Source: Peptococcaceae bacterium 1109 (GTDB lineage Bacteria; Bacillota; Limnochordia; Darwinibacteriales; Darwinibacteriaceae). Taken from it: a stretch of DNA of 32,000 nucleotides. Shown here in pieces: positions 1 to 7,421 of the stretch. Numbering within the stretch: the stretch's first letter is position 1; each line of letters opens with the position of its first letter. The DNA lies in the NCBI GenBank assembly GCA_001028815.1, contig LDJB01000007.1, forward strand, positions 19,384 through 51,383, written 5' to 3'. Below the pieces are notes generated by a model. It was not told the origin of the DNA. It made no database searches and was given only the letters and a program-made list of their open reading frames with translations. A program made the translations under genes and the position numbers.

Positions 1-767
1 GGGCGGCCGTGTTCGATAATCTGATCTGCAACGCTAGTAGCAGTGGAAATAGGTATGGCAAACCCAATTCCCTGCGCCTGCTGGATGATGGCCGTATTGA
101 TCCCGATGACCTCACCGCTCTGGTTCAGTAGGGGGCCTCCAGAGTTGCCAGGATTGATAGCCGCATCCGTTTGGATCATGCCCTCCAGGTAGCGGTTGTT
201 TTCCGGGTCCACCAAAAGGTCCCGGTTGAGCGCACTGATAACCCCTGTGGTGACGGTCTGATCTTGCCCTAAAGGATTGCCGATCGCGATCACGCTCTGC
301 CCAACCCGCAGGGCGTTTGAGTCGCCAACGGCTGCCGCAGGCAAACCAGAGGCCTCCACTTTAAGGACTGCTAAGTCCGATAAAGGATCTCGGCCCACCA
401 CCTCTCCCCTGTAACTCTGCCCATTGGGAAGGCGCACCACAATCTCATCGGCATCTTGCACCACATGATTATTGGTGAGTATGTAACCGTCTTCCCGATA
501 GATTAGGCCCGACCCAATTCCTTTTTGCTGCTGCACTTGGTAGAAGAAGAACTGGTCAACTAATACATCCCTTACCGTCTCAATCTTGACCGTCACAGGG
601 CCCATGCGCTCCACCACTTGGACCACAGGCTCGTTCCAGTTGCCCTGTTCTTGACTCTCCGCTGTTTCCTCTTCGATGCCCACATCTCGTCCAGGTGTGA
701 AAACGAGCCAGGCTGTCATGATAACCAAGAAAGCCAGAATGCCCGCGAAAATGCTGCTTCTGCGCAA
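1..767 (-). CDS. htrA: HtrA/DegP-family trypsin-like serine protease, N-terminal part (3' end runs off the window)
   Basis: This ORF is absent from the ORF track because it is open at the window edge. Translating the minus strand from TTG at 767 gives a TM helix (SSIFAGILAFLVIMTAWLVF). It then gives the catalytic-triad motifs LTNNHVV (His), DLAVLKV (Asp) and TDAAINPGNSGGPLL (Ser). A GAGGAGGGGG Shine-Dalgarno lies 7 nt upstream, and an in-frame TGA sits just upstream of the TTG. Confidence 0.85.
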   Translation of the reverse strand, partial: MRRSSIFAGILAFLVIMTAWLVFTPGRDVGIEEETAESQEQGNWNEPVVQVVERMGPVTVKIETVRDVLVDQFFFYQVQQQKGIGSGLIYREDGYILTNNHVVQDADEIVVRLPNGQSYRGEVVGRDPLSDLAVLKVEASGLPAAAVGDSNALRVGQSVIAIGNPLGQDQTVTTGVISALNRDLLVDPENNRYLEGMIQTDAAINPGNSGGPLLNQSGEVIGINTAIIQQAQGIGFAIPISTATSVADQIIEHGR

Positions 768-780
768 AGTAAAACCCCCT

Positions 781-817
781 CCTCATGGTTACATGCATCA
801 GTAGTATAACCATGGGG
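781..817 (-). terminator. Stem-loop directly after the ABC ATPase stop codon; candidate operon terminator that also pairs with the 5' end of the htrA Shine-Dalgarno
   Basis: Arms 781-791 (cctcatggtta) and 807-817 (taaccatgggg) are complementary over 11 positions, one of them G.U in RNA, with a 15-nt loop. On the minus strand the stem is followed by AGGGGGUUUU. Confidence 0.4.
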
Positions 818-1591
818 TTAGGGGGCTATGACGGGGCGGCCGGTGACAGGGTGGCGGATGTCAGGGACCGCAACATGGTACACTTCCTGTACGAGCTTGG
901 GAGTAAGGATATCCCCAGGGGGGCCTTGGGCGATGAGCCGGCCTTGGTCTAAAACCAGCACCTCATGGCAGTAAGCGGCCACCAGGTTGAGATCGTGGAG
1001 GACGGCAACGCACGTCATTCCTTCCCCAGCTTTGCCCTCCAGGAGCTGGCAGATATGAAGCTGGTGTTCAATGTCCAGATGATTTGTGGGCTCATCCAGG
1101 AGCAGAATGGGTGTTTTCTGTGCGAGGGCCCGGGCAAGGGTCACTCGCTGCCGCTCCCCACCACTTAACTGATCCACAGGCCGGTGGGCATGTTCACTTA
1201 CCCCTGCCTCCTGCATGGCCCGCTCCACGATTTCCTCATCCAGGGGAGTAAGAGTTCCATAGCCTTTTCGGTATGGTGAGCGGCCCAGGGACACCAATTC
1301 CCGCACAGTGAAGGGGAAGTACTCTGGTTCTTGAGGAATCAGGGCGATTAGTTTGGCCAGCTCCCTTAAGGAATACTGGGATATGTTCCGCCCCCCAACC
1401 CGCACTTCCCCCGCTGTTGGTGTGAGCAAGCGGTCCATAAGCTTCAAGACTGTAGACTTGCCTGCGCCATTGGGGCCCACAATGCCTACAAACTGCCCTG
1501 TGGAAATCTGAAACGAGAGGCCTTCCAGAACCGGGGCGCTGCCGTAGGTAAAGCCTACATTATCAAATTCAATCAAGCTTCTCTTCTGCAT
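818..1591 (-). CDS. ABC transporter ATP-binding protein, iron-siderophore/cobalamin (FecE/BtuD) type
   Basis: 257-aa ORF with Walker A GPNGAGKST, signature LSGGERQRV and Walker B ILLLDEPTNHLD. It is co-directional and tightly packed with a FecCD permease and a binding protein. Confidence 0.9.
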   Translation of the reverse strand: MQKRSLIEFDNVGFTYGSAPVLEGLSFQISTGQFVGIVGPNGAGKSTVLKLMDRLLTPTAGEVRVGGRNISQYSLRELAKLIALIPQEPEYFPFTVRELVSLGRSPYRKGYGTLTPLDEEIVERAMQEAGVSEHAHRPVDQLSGGERQRVTLARALAQKTPILLLDEPTNHLDIEHQLHICQLLEGKAGEGMTCVAVLHDLNLVAAYCHEVLVLDQGRLIAQGPPGDILTPKLVQEVYHVAVPDIRHPVTGRPVIAP

Positions 1592-1594
1592 GCT

Positions 1595-2614
1595 TCAGCC
1601 CCTTTTCATCAGGTAAATGAAGAACGGCCCCCCAGTCAAAGCGGTCACGATCCCTACTGGTATTTCAACGGGAGAGAGGACGGTGCGCGCTAGCGTATCC
1701 GCGGCCACAAGGAAGATTGCGCCCACCAAGAAGGAGCTAATCGTAAGCGGGGTATGCTTAGGGCCTATCCGCATCCGCACCGCATGGGGAACCATCAGCC
1801 CTACAAAGCCTATCACTCCTGAAACAGCAACACAGGCCGCAGCTATTAGGGACCCGATGGCCAAGACCTGCTTTTGCAGCCGCTGAACATCAATCCCCAG
1901 ACTATGGGCGGTCTCCTCCCCTAAGAGATAAACATCAAGTTTGGGGGTAAAAAGCACCGCTACCATTGAGCCTGCCAGCACGTAAGGGAGCGCCGCAGCG
2001 AGTTGGCGCCACCCCCGCCCAGAGAGGCTGCCCATGAGCCACATATAGACATCCTGCAGGTTTTGGATCTTAAGAACCATCATAAACGATACAATTGCAG
2101 TAAACAGTGCCCCCACCGCAACCCCCGCGAGGATCAGGTTGGTGGGGTGAATCCGTCCGTGCATCAGGCCGACCCGGAACACAATAAACGTTGCCCCCAC
2201 TGCACCAGCAAAAGCGAACAAGGGCAGGGCCCCATACCAGCCTATGCCTGCAGGAATCAGGAACAACAGAGCCGCAGCTGCTCCCAACGAGGCTCCGGAA
2301 GAAACCCCTATGATGTAGGGATCTGCAAGGGGGTTGCGGAGAATACCCTGAAACAGTACCCCTGCTGTACTCAAACCGCCGCCGATCACAGCCGCGAGGA
2401 GAACCCGGGGCAGCCGTACCTGCAAAATGATCATTTCCTCCGCGGCTGTCCACGTCTGCTCCATAGAACGGAAGGGCGGCACACGGCTGATGAGCATCTT
2501 CCCAACGTTAACAGGAGAAATGGACACAGAACCCACCGCCGCTGCCACAAGAATGCTCAGGAGCAGGACGGTGAGGAGTACCACACCCTGCAGTACTCCT
2601 CTCCTAGTCCTCAT
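1595..2614 (-). CDS. FecCD/BtuC-family ABC permease
   Basis: 339-aa polytopic hydrophobic ORF with a typical FecCD-family C-terminus (GIVTALTGGPFFIYLM). There is a 3-nt gap to the ATPase gene and a 4-nt overlap with the upstream binding-protein gene. Confidence 0.9.
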   Translation of the reverse strand: MRTRRGVLQGVVLLTVLLLSILVAAAVGSVSISPVNVGKMLISRVPPFRSMEQTWTAAEEMIILQVRLPRVLLAAVIGGGLSTAGVLFQGILRNPLADPYIIGVSSGASLGAAAALLFLIPAGIGWYGALPLFAFAGAVGATFIVFRVGLMHGRIHPTNLILAGVAVGALFTAIVSFMMVLKIQNLQDVYMWLMGSLSGRGWRQLAAALPYVLAGSMVAVLFTPKLDVYLLGEETAHSLGIDVQRLQKQVLAIGSLIAAACVAVSGVIGFVGLMVPHAVRMRIGPKHTPLTISSFLVGAIFLVAADTLARTVLSPVEIPVGIVTALTGGPFFIYLMKRG

Positions 2615-3438
2615 AGCTCTACACCGTGAATGAAGGAAATCAGCTCCGCCAAGCCATCTAGCAACCTAGGCGTACTTCGTACGTACAAGTCAGGGTTTAC
2701 CTCATAGACATCCCCTGTCTTATAGGCAGCGAGGTTCTGCCAAGCGGGGCGCTGCAGTGCTTCTGCTTTATTGTAATTGGTGAGGATAATGACCTCTGGA
2801 TCCCGAGCCAAGACCTGCTCCTCACTGAACTGGGGCCACGGCTGGCCGGTGTCTGCAGCAATGTTCTCTCCGCCAGCCAAGTTGATTAGCTCATCCAAGA
2901 AACTGCCTGGGCCAACAGTCATGAGCGGCTCATACCAGATTTCCACAAAAACGCGTTTTGAGGAACCGGCAGGAACATGGGAAGTGAGTTCACTCAAACG
3001 GCTGCGCATGTTTTCTGAAAGCGCTTGCCCTCCTTTTTGATCCCCCACCAACTCTCCCAGGGTAATCATGCTGTCAATCACTTCATCAAGGGTTGTGGGG
3101 TCAATGGTGCCCACTTCGATCCCTAAAGCCCGCAGCTGCTCTATGTGTCCTGCCACCAGGGTGGAATCACCAATAACCAGATCGGGCTGCAAGCTCAGGA
3201 GAACCTCCATGTTGAGGTTGAAAGCATCTCCGATAATAGTACGCTCAGTGGCCTCCGGCGGATACGTACACCAGCTTGTGACACCTACCACTTTATCTCC
3301 CACACCTAGGGCAAACAGAGCTTCTGTAACACTGGGCGTTACAGAGACGATTCTTTGCGGGATGCTGCTTTGCGCCCAAACAGTTCCCGCAAGGCAAAGA
3401 GCAAGGATTACCGCGAGGACAACGTGTCTAAGCCTCAT
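2611..3438 (-). CDS. Periplasmic binding protein of BtuF/class-8 type (corrinoid-binding inferred from the riboswitch)
   Basis: 275-aa ORF with an N-terminal signal peptide (AVILALCLAGTVWA/QSS) and a RIVSVTPSVTEALFALG motif typical of BtuF/FhuD-like binding proteins. It lies immediately downstream of a cobalamin riboswitch. Confidence 0.85.
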   Translation of the reverse strand: MRLRHVVLAVILALCLAGTVWAQSSIPQRIVSVTPSVTEALFALGVGDKVVGVTSWCTYPPEATERTIIGDAFNLNMEVLLSLQPDLVIGDSTLVAGHIEQLRALGIEVGTIDPTTLDEVIDSMITLGELVGDQKGGQALSENMRSRLSELTSHVPAGSSKRVFVEIWYEPLMTVGPGSFLDELINLAGGENIAADTGQPWPQFSEEQVLARDPEVIILTNYNKAEALQRPAWQNLAAYKTGDVYEVNPDLYVRSTPRLLDGLAELISFIHGVEL

Positions 3439-3458
3439 CTACAACTTCTCCCCCCTTC

Positions 3459-3719
3459 AAAAAATAAACCCCAGACATCTGGGGTGAGCAATTTCGGAAA
3501 CGAAAAAGACCACCACTCCCTTCCGCGCAAGATGGTTGATCGAGTTCAGCCTGGCAGGTCTCCTGGCTCCCAGATCATCGTGCCTCCATACCTTCCCCAC
3601 AACAGTGAGTGGCATTCCATGGGGCACTCCTTGGATACAGTGGCGGGACCGCGTGGTTTCTCTGTGTACCAGAGCCCAACTTCCCTATTATCTGCTGGCG
3701 ATACCAGCAGCACCAAGCC
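3459..3719 (-). promoter_or_regulatory. Cobalamin (B12) riboswitch with intrinsic-terminator expression platform
   Basis: The minus strand reads GGTGCTGCTGG...AATAGGGAAGTTGGG...GGTCCCGCCACTGT. It carries a B12-box AGCCAGGAGACCTGCC (plus coordinates 3553-3568). It ends in the hairpin ACCCCAGAtgtcTGGGGT plus a T-run (3459-3487), just before the GGGGGAG Shine-Dalgarno and ATG at 3438. Confidence 0.9.
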
Positions 3720-3817
3720 TACTATGTAGTTGTCAGTAGATTCTTCGGCACATGCCCACAATATCCTCCTGTCTTTGGGTGATAATAACCCCGAAGCTAA
3801 AGACAGGGGAGAACTGT

Positions 3818-4444
3818 GTGAGCTACCGTGATTACATCGAAGAACAGCGCAAACTTGCCAGAACTAAAAAAGAAGCACGAGAAGCAAAAGCAGAACGGCT
3901 GCGAAACCCCCGTCCCCCGCGCCTCGATCCTCCTCCCGCCCCGGACAGCCCCATCATCCTCATCGTGATAGGTATATGCTTGACCTTAGCCATGAGCCTA
4001 GGCATGTTAATGCTCGCGAGCCCCGCAGCGGTGCCCCCACAGGATGAAATCCCCACCATCGTCATCCAAGGCACACCTGCGGAGACAGAGGCCATAAGGG
4101 CCTGGCTGGAGCAAGAGATCCAGGAAAGCAACCTTAACTGGAAGATCACCGCTGTGCGCAACCGCATGGAATTTGCGGCTCATCTCAACGCAGGAGAACG
4201 GGTGGATGTGCTCATTGTGGATCAAGAGCTGGCGGGGGAGCTTTATGCAGCGGGAATGCTCGCTCCCCTCCTCAAGAAAGCAGAAGCCCCCAGCTTTGCA
4301 GGGGCCTTTGCGCCGTTGTGGGACGAACAGCCCTTCACCAAGACCCTTGGTTGGGCCATTTCAAGCACGGGGGATGTGGACTACGCTCGCCATCTCTACA
4401 CCGTATTCCAGCAGTTTGCAGAACCCTTCACCCTCAATAAGTAA
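3818..4444 (+). CDS. Hypothetical single-pass membrane protein with a short extracytoplasmic domain
   Basis: The ORF track gives 3752-4444. I prefer GTG at 3818, which is preceded by a GGGGA Shine-Dalgarno. The product has a charged N-terminus (KKEAREAKAERLRNPRPPRLDPPP), one TM helix (IILIVIGICLTLAMSLGMLMLA) and an outside domain of about 135 aa. The VDVLIVDQELAGELYAAGMLAPL segment resembles the N-lobe of family-1 solute-binding proteins. Confidence 0.55.
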   Translation: MSYRDYIEEQRKLARTKKEAREAKAERLRNPRPPRLDPPPAPDSPIILIVIGICLTLAMSLGMLMLASPAAVPPQDEIPTIVIQGTPAETEAIRAWLEQEIQESNLNWKITAVRNRMEFAAHLNAGERVDVLIVDQELAGELYAAGMLAPLLKKAEAPSFAGAFAPLWDEQPFTKTLGWAISSTGDVDYARHLYTVFQQFAEPFTLNK

Positions 4445-4469
4445 GTGCCGGGCAAAGCTGCCCGGCACT
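4444..4469. terminator. Bidirectional stem-loop between convergent genes (hypothetical gene and folD)
   Basis: Perfect 11-bp stem agtgccgggca / tgcccggcact with a 4-nt loop, sitting between the stop at 4444 and the folD stop at 4475. Confidence 0.6.
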
Positions 4470-4474
4470 TCCAG

Positions 4475-5317
4475 TTATTTCACATCGGCAACGTCAACAG
4501 TGTTTTTCATCAGCATGGCGATGGTCATGGGCCCAACTCCGCCAGGGACCGGCGTGATGGCCCCGGCTACTTCCTTGACCTCGCTAAAATCCACATCACC
4601 GACAATCTGTCCATCAACCCTATTGATTCCCACATCAATCACTACCGCCCCAGGCTTCACCCAGTCCCCTTTGACCAGCTGAGGTTGGCCTACAGCCACG
4701 ACCAGGATATCCCCTTGTGCGCACTCGTCCTTAACGTTCACAGTCCGAGAATGGCAGATGGTGACAGTAGCGTTTTCCCTCAGAAACAGCATGGCAGCGG
4801 GCTTACCCACAATGTTGCTGCGTCCCAGGACGACCACCTTTTTCCCGGCAATGGTAGTACCGGTGCGCTTTACCAGTTCTAGTACACCCGCAGGGGTACA
4901 AGGCACAAAGGCAGGGAGCCCGATGCTCAGCTTGCCCACATTTACGGGGTGGAAACCATCCACGTCCTTGCGTGGATCGATGCGGTTGATGACTTCTTCT
5001 TCATCTAAGCCCTTCGGCAGAGGCAGCTGTACCAAGATTCCATGGATTTTCGGATCCGCGTTTAACTGATCAACCAAGGCCAAGAGCTCCCCTTGGCTGA
5101 TTGTGCTCGGCAGTCTGTGCTCTTCTGAGTAGATCCCAATTTCCTGGCAAGCCTTCTTCTTCATGCGGACATACACGGCAGAAGCAGGGTTATCCCCCAC
5201 CAGGACCACAGCCAAACCTGGCCGGCGGCCCTCAGAGGCTAGCCGATCTACCCTTTCCTTTAACTCAGAGCGAATCTGCGCCGCAATTTCCTTACCATTA
5301 ATAATCTGGGCTGCCAT
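4475..5317 (-). CDS. folD: Bifunctional 5,10-methylene-tetrahydrofolate dehydrogenase / 5,10-methenyl-tetrahydrofolate cyclohydrolase
   Basis: 280-aa ORF. The N-terminus [22 protein letters not shown], the motifs [19 protein letters not shown] and [10 protein letters not shown], and [16 protein letters not shown] are hallmark FolD segments. Confidence 0.95.
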   Translation of the reverse strand: MAAQIINGKEIAAQIRSELKERVDRLASEGRRPGLAVVLVGDNPASAVYVRMKKKACQEIGIYSEEHRLPSTISQGELLALVDQLNADPKIHGILVQLPLPKGLDEEEVINRIDPRKDVDGFHPVNVGKLSIGLPAFVPCTPAGVLELVKRTGTTIAGKKVVVLGRSNIVGKPAAMLFLRENATVTICHSRTVNVKDECAQGDILVVAVGQPQLVKGDWVKPGAVVIDVGINRVDGQIVGDVDFSEVKEVAGAITPVPGGVGPMTIAMLMKNTVDVADVK

Positions 5318-5329
5318 GGCTGGCCCTCT

Positions 5330-6301
5330 CTAGATCCACCATGCCTGGGGCATGGGTTCATCAAGAATGACTTCCTTCAGGAAGGTCACTGCCTTGCCAA
5401 AGCCTTCATCAATAGATGCGAGGGCATCTTCGTGCTCAATGCTGAGGACGTAGTCATAGCCTGCAATCCGCAGCTCGCTCACCATGTCTTTCCAGTATTT
5501 GTAATCATTGCCATAACCTACTGACCTAAAGAGCCAGGACCGCTCAGGCAGGCGATCGTAGGGTTTGGTATCCAGGACACCGTTCACCGCCGTGTTGTAC
5601 GGGTCAATGTGGGTATCCTTGGCATGGACGTGGAAGATGGCCTGTTCCCTGCCGAGAGCCCGGATAGCAGCTACTGGATCAGCGCCTTGCCAAATGAGGT
5701 GGGACGGGTCAAAGTTCGTACCGATGCTAGGACCCACCGCTTTGCGGAGCCGGAAGAGAGTATCCACATTGTAGATGACAAACCCGGGATGCATCTCAAA
5801 GGCAATCTTGTTTACCCCGTGATCCGCAGCAAACTTCGCCTCTTCGGTCCAGTAAGGGATCACTTTCTCGTTCCACTGCCACTCCAAGATATCCGCGAAA
5901 TCGTTAGGCCAAGCGCAGGTTACCCAGTTAGGATACTTGGAATCATCACTATCCCCTGGACAGCCAGAGAAGGTGTTGATAATCTCGATGCCCAGCTTTT
6001 CTGCGAGGCGAACCGCGTTGCGCCAGTCTTCGTGGAATCCCTTGGCAATTTCCTTATTTGGATGGAGGGCGTTGCCGTGCACGCTAAGAGCACTGATCTG
6101 AACCCCTTCATCCTCGAAAGCCTGCTTGAACTCGGCCAGCTTCGCTGGATTGGCCAAGAGCTCTACAGGGTCACAGTGAGCCTTGCCTGGATATCCTCCA
6201 CAGCCGATCTCCACTGTTGACAAGCCATAACTCTTGACTTTCTTGAGCATATCTCGAAGAGAAAGTCCGCCATACAGTACAGCAAATACACCTATTTTCA
6301 T
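5330..6301 (-). CDS. Sugar phosphate isomerase/epimerase (xylose-isomerase-like TIM barrel family)
   Basis: 323-aa ORF with family-like segments (KIGVFAVLYG...STVEIGCGGYPGKAHCDP, FEMHPGF, FDPSHLIWQG, SIEHED). The substrate cannot be assigned from sequence alone. Confidence 0.7.
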   Translation of the reverse strand: MKIGVFAVLYGGLSLRDMLKKVKSYGLSTVEIGCGGYPGKAHCDPVELLANPAKLAEFKQAFEDEGVQISALSVHGNALHPNKEIAKGFHEDWRNAVRLAEKLGIEIINTFSGCPGDSDDSKYPNWVTCAWPNDFADILEWQWNEKVIPYWTEEAKFAADHGVNKIAFEMHPGFVIYNVDTLFRLRKAVGPSIGTNFDPSHLIWQGADPVAAIRALGREQAIFHVHAKDTHIDPYNTAVNGVLDTKPYDRLPERSWLFRSVGYGNDYKYWKDMVSELRIAGYDYVLSIEHEDALASIDEGFGKAVTFLKEVILDEPMPQAWWI

Positions 6302-6373
6302 GTGGGATCCTCCCTTGCATCATATTTCCATCATTATATGTAGTTGGCTAGTTGTGAAAAAAATCCTTCACAC

Positions 6374-6415
6374 TAAAAAAACCGAACCCTATCACGATTT
6401 ACGGACAGGTCCGGT
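6374..6415 (-). terminator. Candidate intrinsic terminator after tRNA-Arg
   Basis: On the minus strand ACCGGACC pairs with GGTTCGGT (8 bp, one G.U) around a loop of about 19 nt, followed by TTTTTTT. Confidence 0.3.
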
Positions 6416-6431
6416 CCATGAACAAAAAAAA

Positions 6432-6506
6432 TGGTGCGCCTAGCAGGACTCGAACCTGCGCTCCTGGCTCCGGAGGCCAGTGCTCTATCCGCTGAGCTAT
6501 AGGCGC
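6432..6506 (-). tRNA. tRNA-Arg (anticodon CCG)
   Basis: The minus strand reads GCGCCTA-TA-GCTCAGCGGATAGAGC-A-CTGGC-CTCCGGA-GCCAG...GCAGG-TTCGAGT-CCTGC-TAGGCGC-A-CCA. The cloverleaf arms pair and CCA is encoded. Confidence 0.9.
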
Positions 6507-6575
6507 ACATCTGATAACGTTGTACCGTAGTACATCCGTTATTATAGCAGTTGCCACCGGAAAAAGCAACAGTGT

Positions 6576-6604
6576 TTGACAAGGGAGTGCAATTCGATTA
6601 GAAT
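6576..6604 (+). promoter_or_regulatory. Sigma-A-type promoter for copZ-csoR
   Basis: TTGACA (6576-6581), a 17-nt spacer, then TAGAAT (6599-6604). The TTG used as the start of the 6576 ORF in the track is in fact this -35 box. Confidence 0.55.
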
Positions 6605-6614
6605 GAGAGTAAAG

Positions 6615-6631
6615 ACACCCCACCGGGGTAT
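6615..6631 (+). promoter_or_regulatory. Candidate CsoR operator
   Basis: ACACCCCACCGGGGTAT is a C-tract/G-tract pseudo-palindrome of the type bound by CsoR-family repressors. It lies between the promoter and the copZ ribosome-binding site. Confidence 0.55.
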
Positions 6632-6647
6632 AGTGAGGGGAATGTTC

Positions 6648-6878
6648 ATGAAGAAGATCATAAATCTGCAAGGCCTAAGCTGTGCCCACTGCCAAAAGCG
6701 TGTAGAACAAGCGCTGAATTCCATTCCAGGAGTCACAGCACAGGTCAACCTGGGGAAACAGCAGGCCACCGTGACCTTAAGCGAAACTGTGGATGACCAA
6801 ACCCTTCGCAGCGCCGTTGAGGAGGCAGGCTACGGAGTGCTCTCCATCCACGAGAAAAAGGGCCTGTTCGGGCGCTAG
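6648..6878 (+). CDS. copZ: Heavy-metal-associated (HMA) domain copper chaperone
   Basis: MKKIINLQGLSCAHCQKRVEQAL... carries the CxxC metal-binding loop and has the length expected of a ferredoxin-like HMA fold. The GAGGGG Shine-Dalgarno is 7 nt before ATG 6648. ATG 6642 and the track start at 6576 are less likely. Confidence 0.85.
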   Translation: MKKIINLQGLSCAHCQKRVEQALNSIPGVTAQVNLGKQQATVTLSETVDDQTLRSAVEEAGYGVLSIHEKKGLFGR

Positions 6879-6888
6879 GGGCAGAAAA

Positions 6889-7152
6889 GTGCGGTCAGAT
6901 AAAGCAAGAATCACGCGCCTCTTGAAGACAGCCCGAGGACAAATCGACGGCCTGTTGCGCATGGTGGAAGAGGATCGCTACTGCATTGATATTTCCAATC
7001 AACTCCTTGCGACGCAGGCCATTCTCCGCAGTGTGAATCGGGAAATCCTCCATGATCACCTCAACAGCTGTGTGAAAGAGGCCTTCCAATCCCCCGAAGG
7101 GCAGCACAAGATTGAGGAAATCATGGAGATCATCGATAAGATCACAAAGTAA
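6889..7152 (+). CDS. csoR: CsoR-family metal-sensing transcriptional repressor
   Basis: From GTG 6889 (AGGGG Shine-Dalgarno 7 nt upstream) the product is 87 aa. It contains RLLKTARGQIDGLLRMVEEDRYCIDISNQLLATQAILRSVNREILHDHLNSCV, the DUF156/CsoR signature with the Cys...His...Cys ligand pattern. Confidence 0.85.
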   Translation: MRSDKARITRLLKTARGQIDGLLRMVEEDRYCIDISNQLLATQAILRSVNREILHDHLNSCVKEAFQSPEGQHKIEEIMEIIDKITK

Positions 7153-7167
7153 AAGCTGTTTCCCATC

Positions 7168-7196
7168 TTGATCTTCATCGCTTTTCGCTCTATAAT
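7168..7196 (+). promoter_or_regulatory. Sigma-A-type promoter for the tRNA-Gly/tRNA-Thr unit
   Basis: TTGATC (7168-7173), a 17-nt spacer, then TATAAT (7191-7196). The tRNA starts 13 nt downstream. Confidence 0.5.
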
Positions 7197-7209
7197 TAGA
7201 TCAGCGTAA

Positions 7210-7285
7210 GCGGATGTAGCTCAGCTGGTAGAGCATCGGCTTCCCAAGCCGAGGGTCGCGAGTTCGAATCTCGTCATCCGCTCCA
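7210..7285 (+). tRNA. tRNA-Gly (anticodon CCC)
   Basis: GCGGATG-TA-GCTCAGCTGGTAGAGC-A-TCGGC-TTCCCAA-GCCGA...TTCGAAT...CATCCGC-T-CCA. Confidence 0.9.
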
Positions 7286-7294
7286 TTTTTTTGC

Positions 7295-7369
7295 GCTGGC
7301 GTGGCTCAGTGGTAGAGCAGTCGATTCGTAATCGACAGGTCGAGGGTTCAAGTCCCTCCGCCAGCTCCA
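7295..7369 (+). tRNA. tRNA-Thr (anticodon CGT)
   Basis: GCTGGCG-TG-GCTCAGTGGTAGAGC-A-GTCGA-TTCGTAA-TCGAC...GAGGG-TTCAAGT-CCCTC-CGCCAGC-T-CCA. Confidence 0.9.
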
Positions 7370-7380
7370 CTACAAGAAAT

Positions 7381-7417
7381 AAGGTGTTAGTCTAAGACGG
7401 CTAACACCTTTCTTTTT
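7381..7417. terminator. Bidirectional intrinsic terminator (tRNA unit on +, FMN-binding gene on -)
   Basis: Perfect 10-bp stem aaggtgttag / ctaacacctt with a 10-nt loop. TTTCTTTTT follows on the plus strand and TTATTTCTT on the minus strand. Confidence 0.7.
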
Positions 7418-7421
7418 GTCC

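Noticed and set aside
3355-3761. ORFs at 3355-3729 (+), 3536-3739 (+) and 3546-3761 (-).
   Set aside because: They lie across the cobalamin riboswitch and its terminator. They have no ribosome-binding sites and their sequence is explained by the RNA element.
6373-6769. ORFs at 6373-6582 (-), 6399-6671 (-) and 6542-6769 (-), and the 6576 start of the copZ ORF.
   Set aside because: They run through the tRNA-Arg gene and the copZ promoter/operator. The 6576 TTG is the -35 hexamer. The real copZ start is at 6648 (or 6642).
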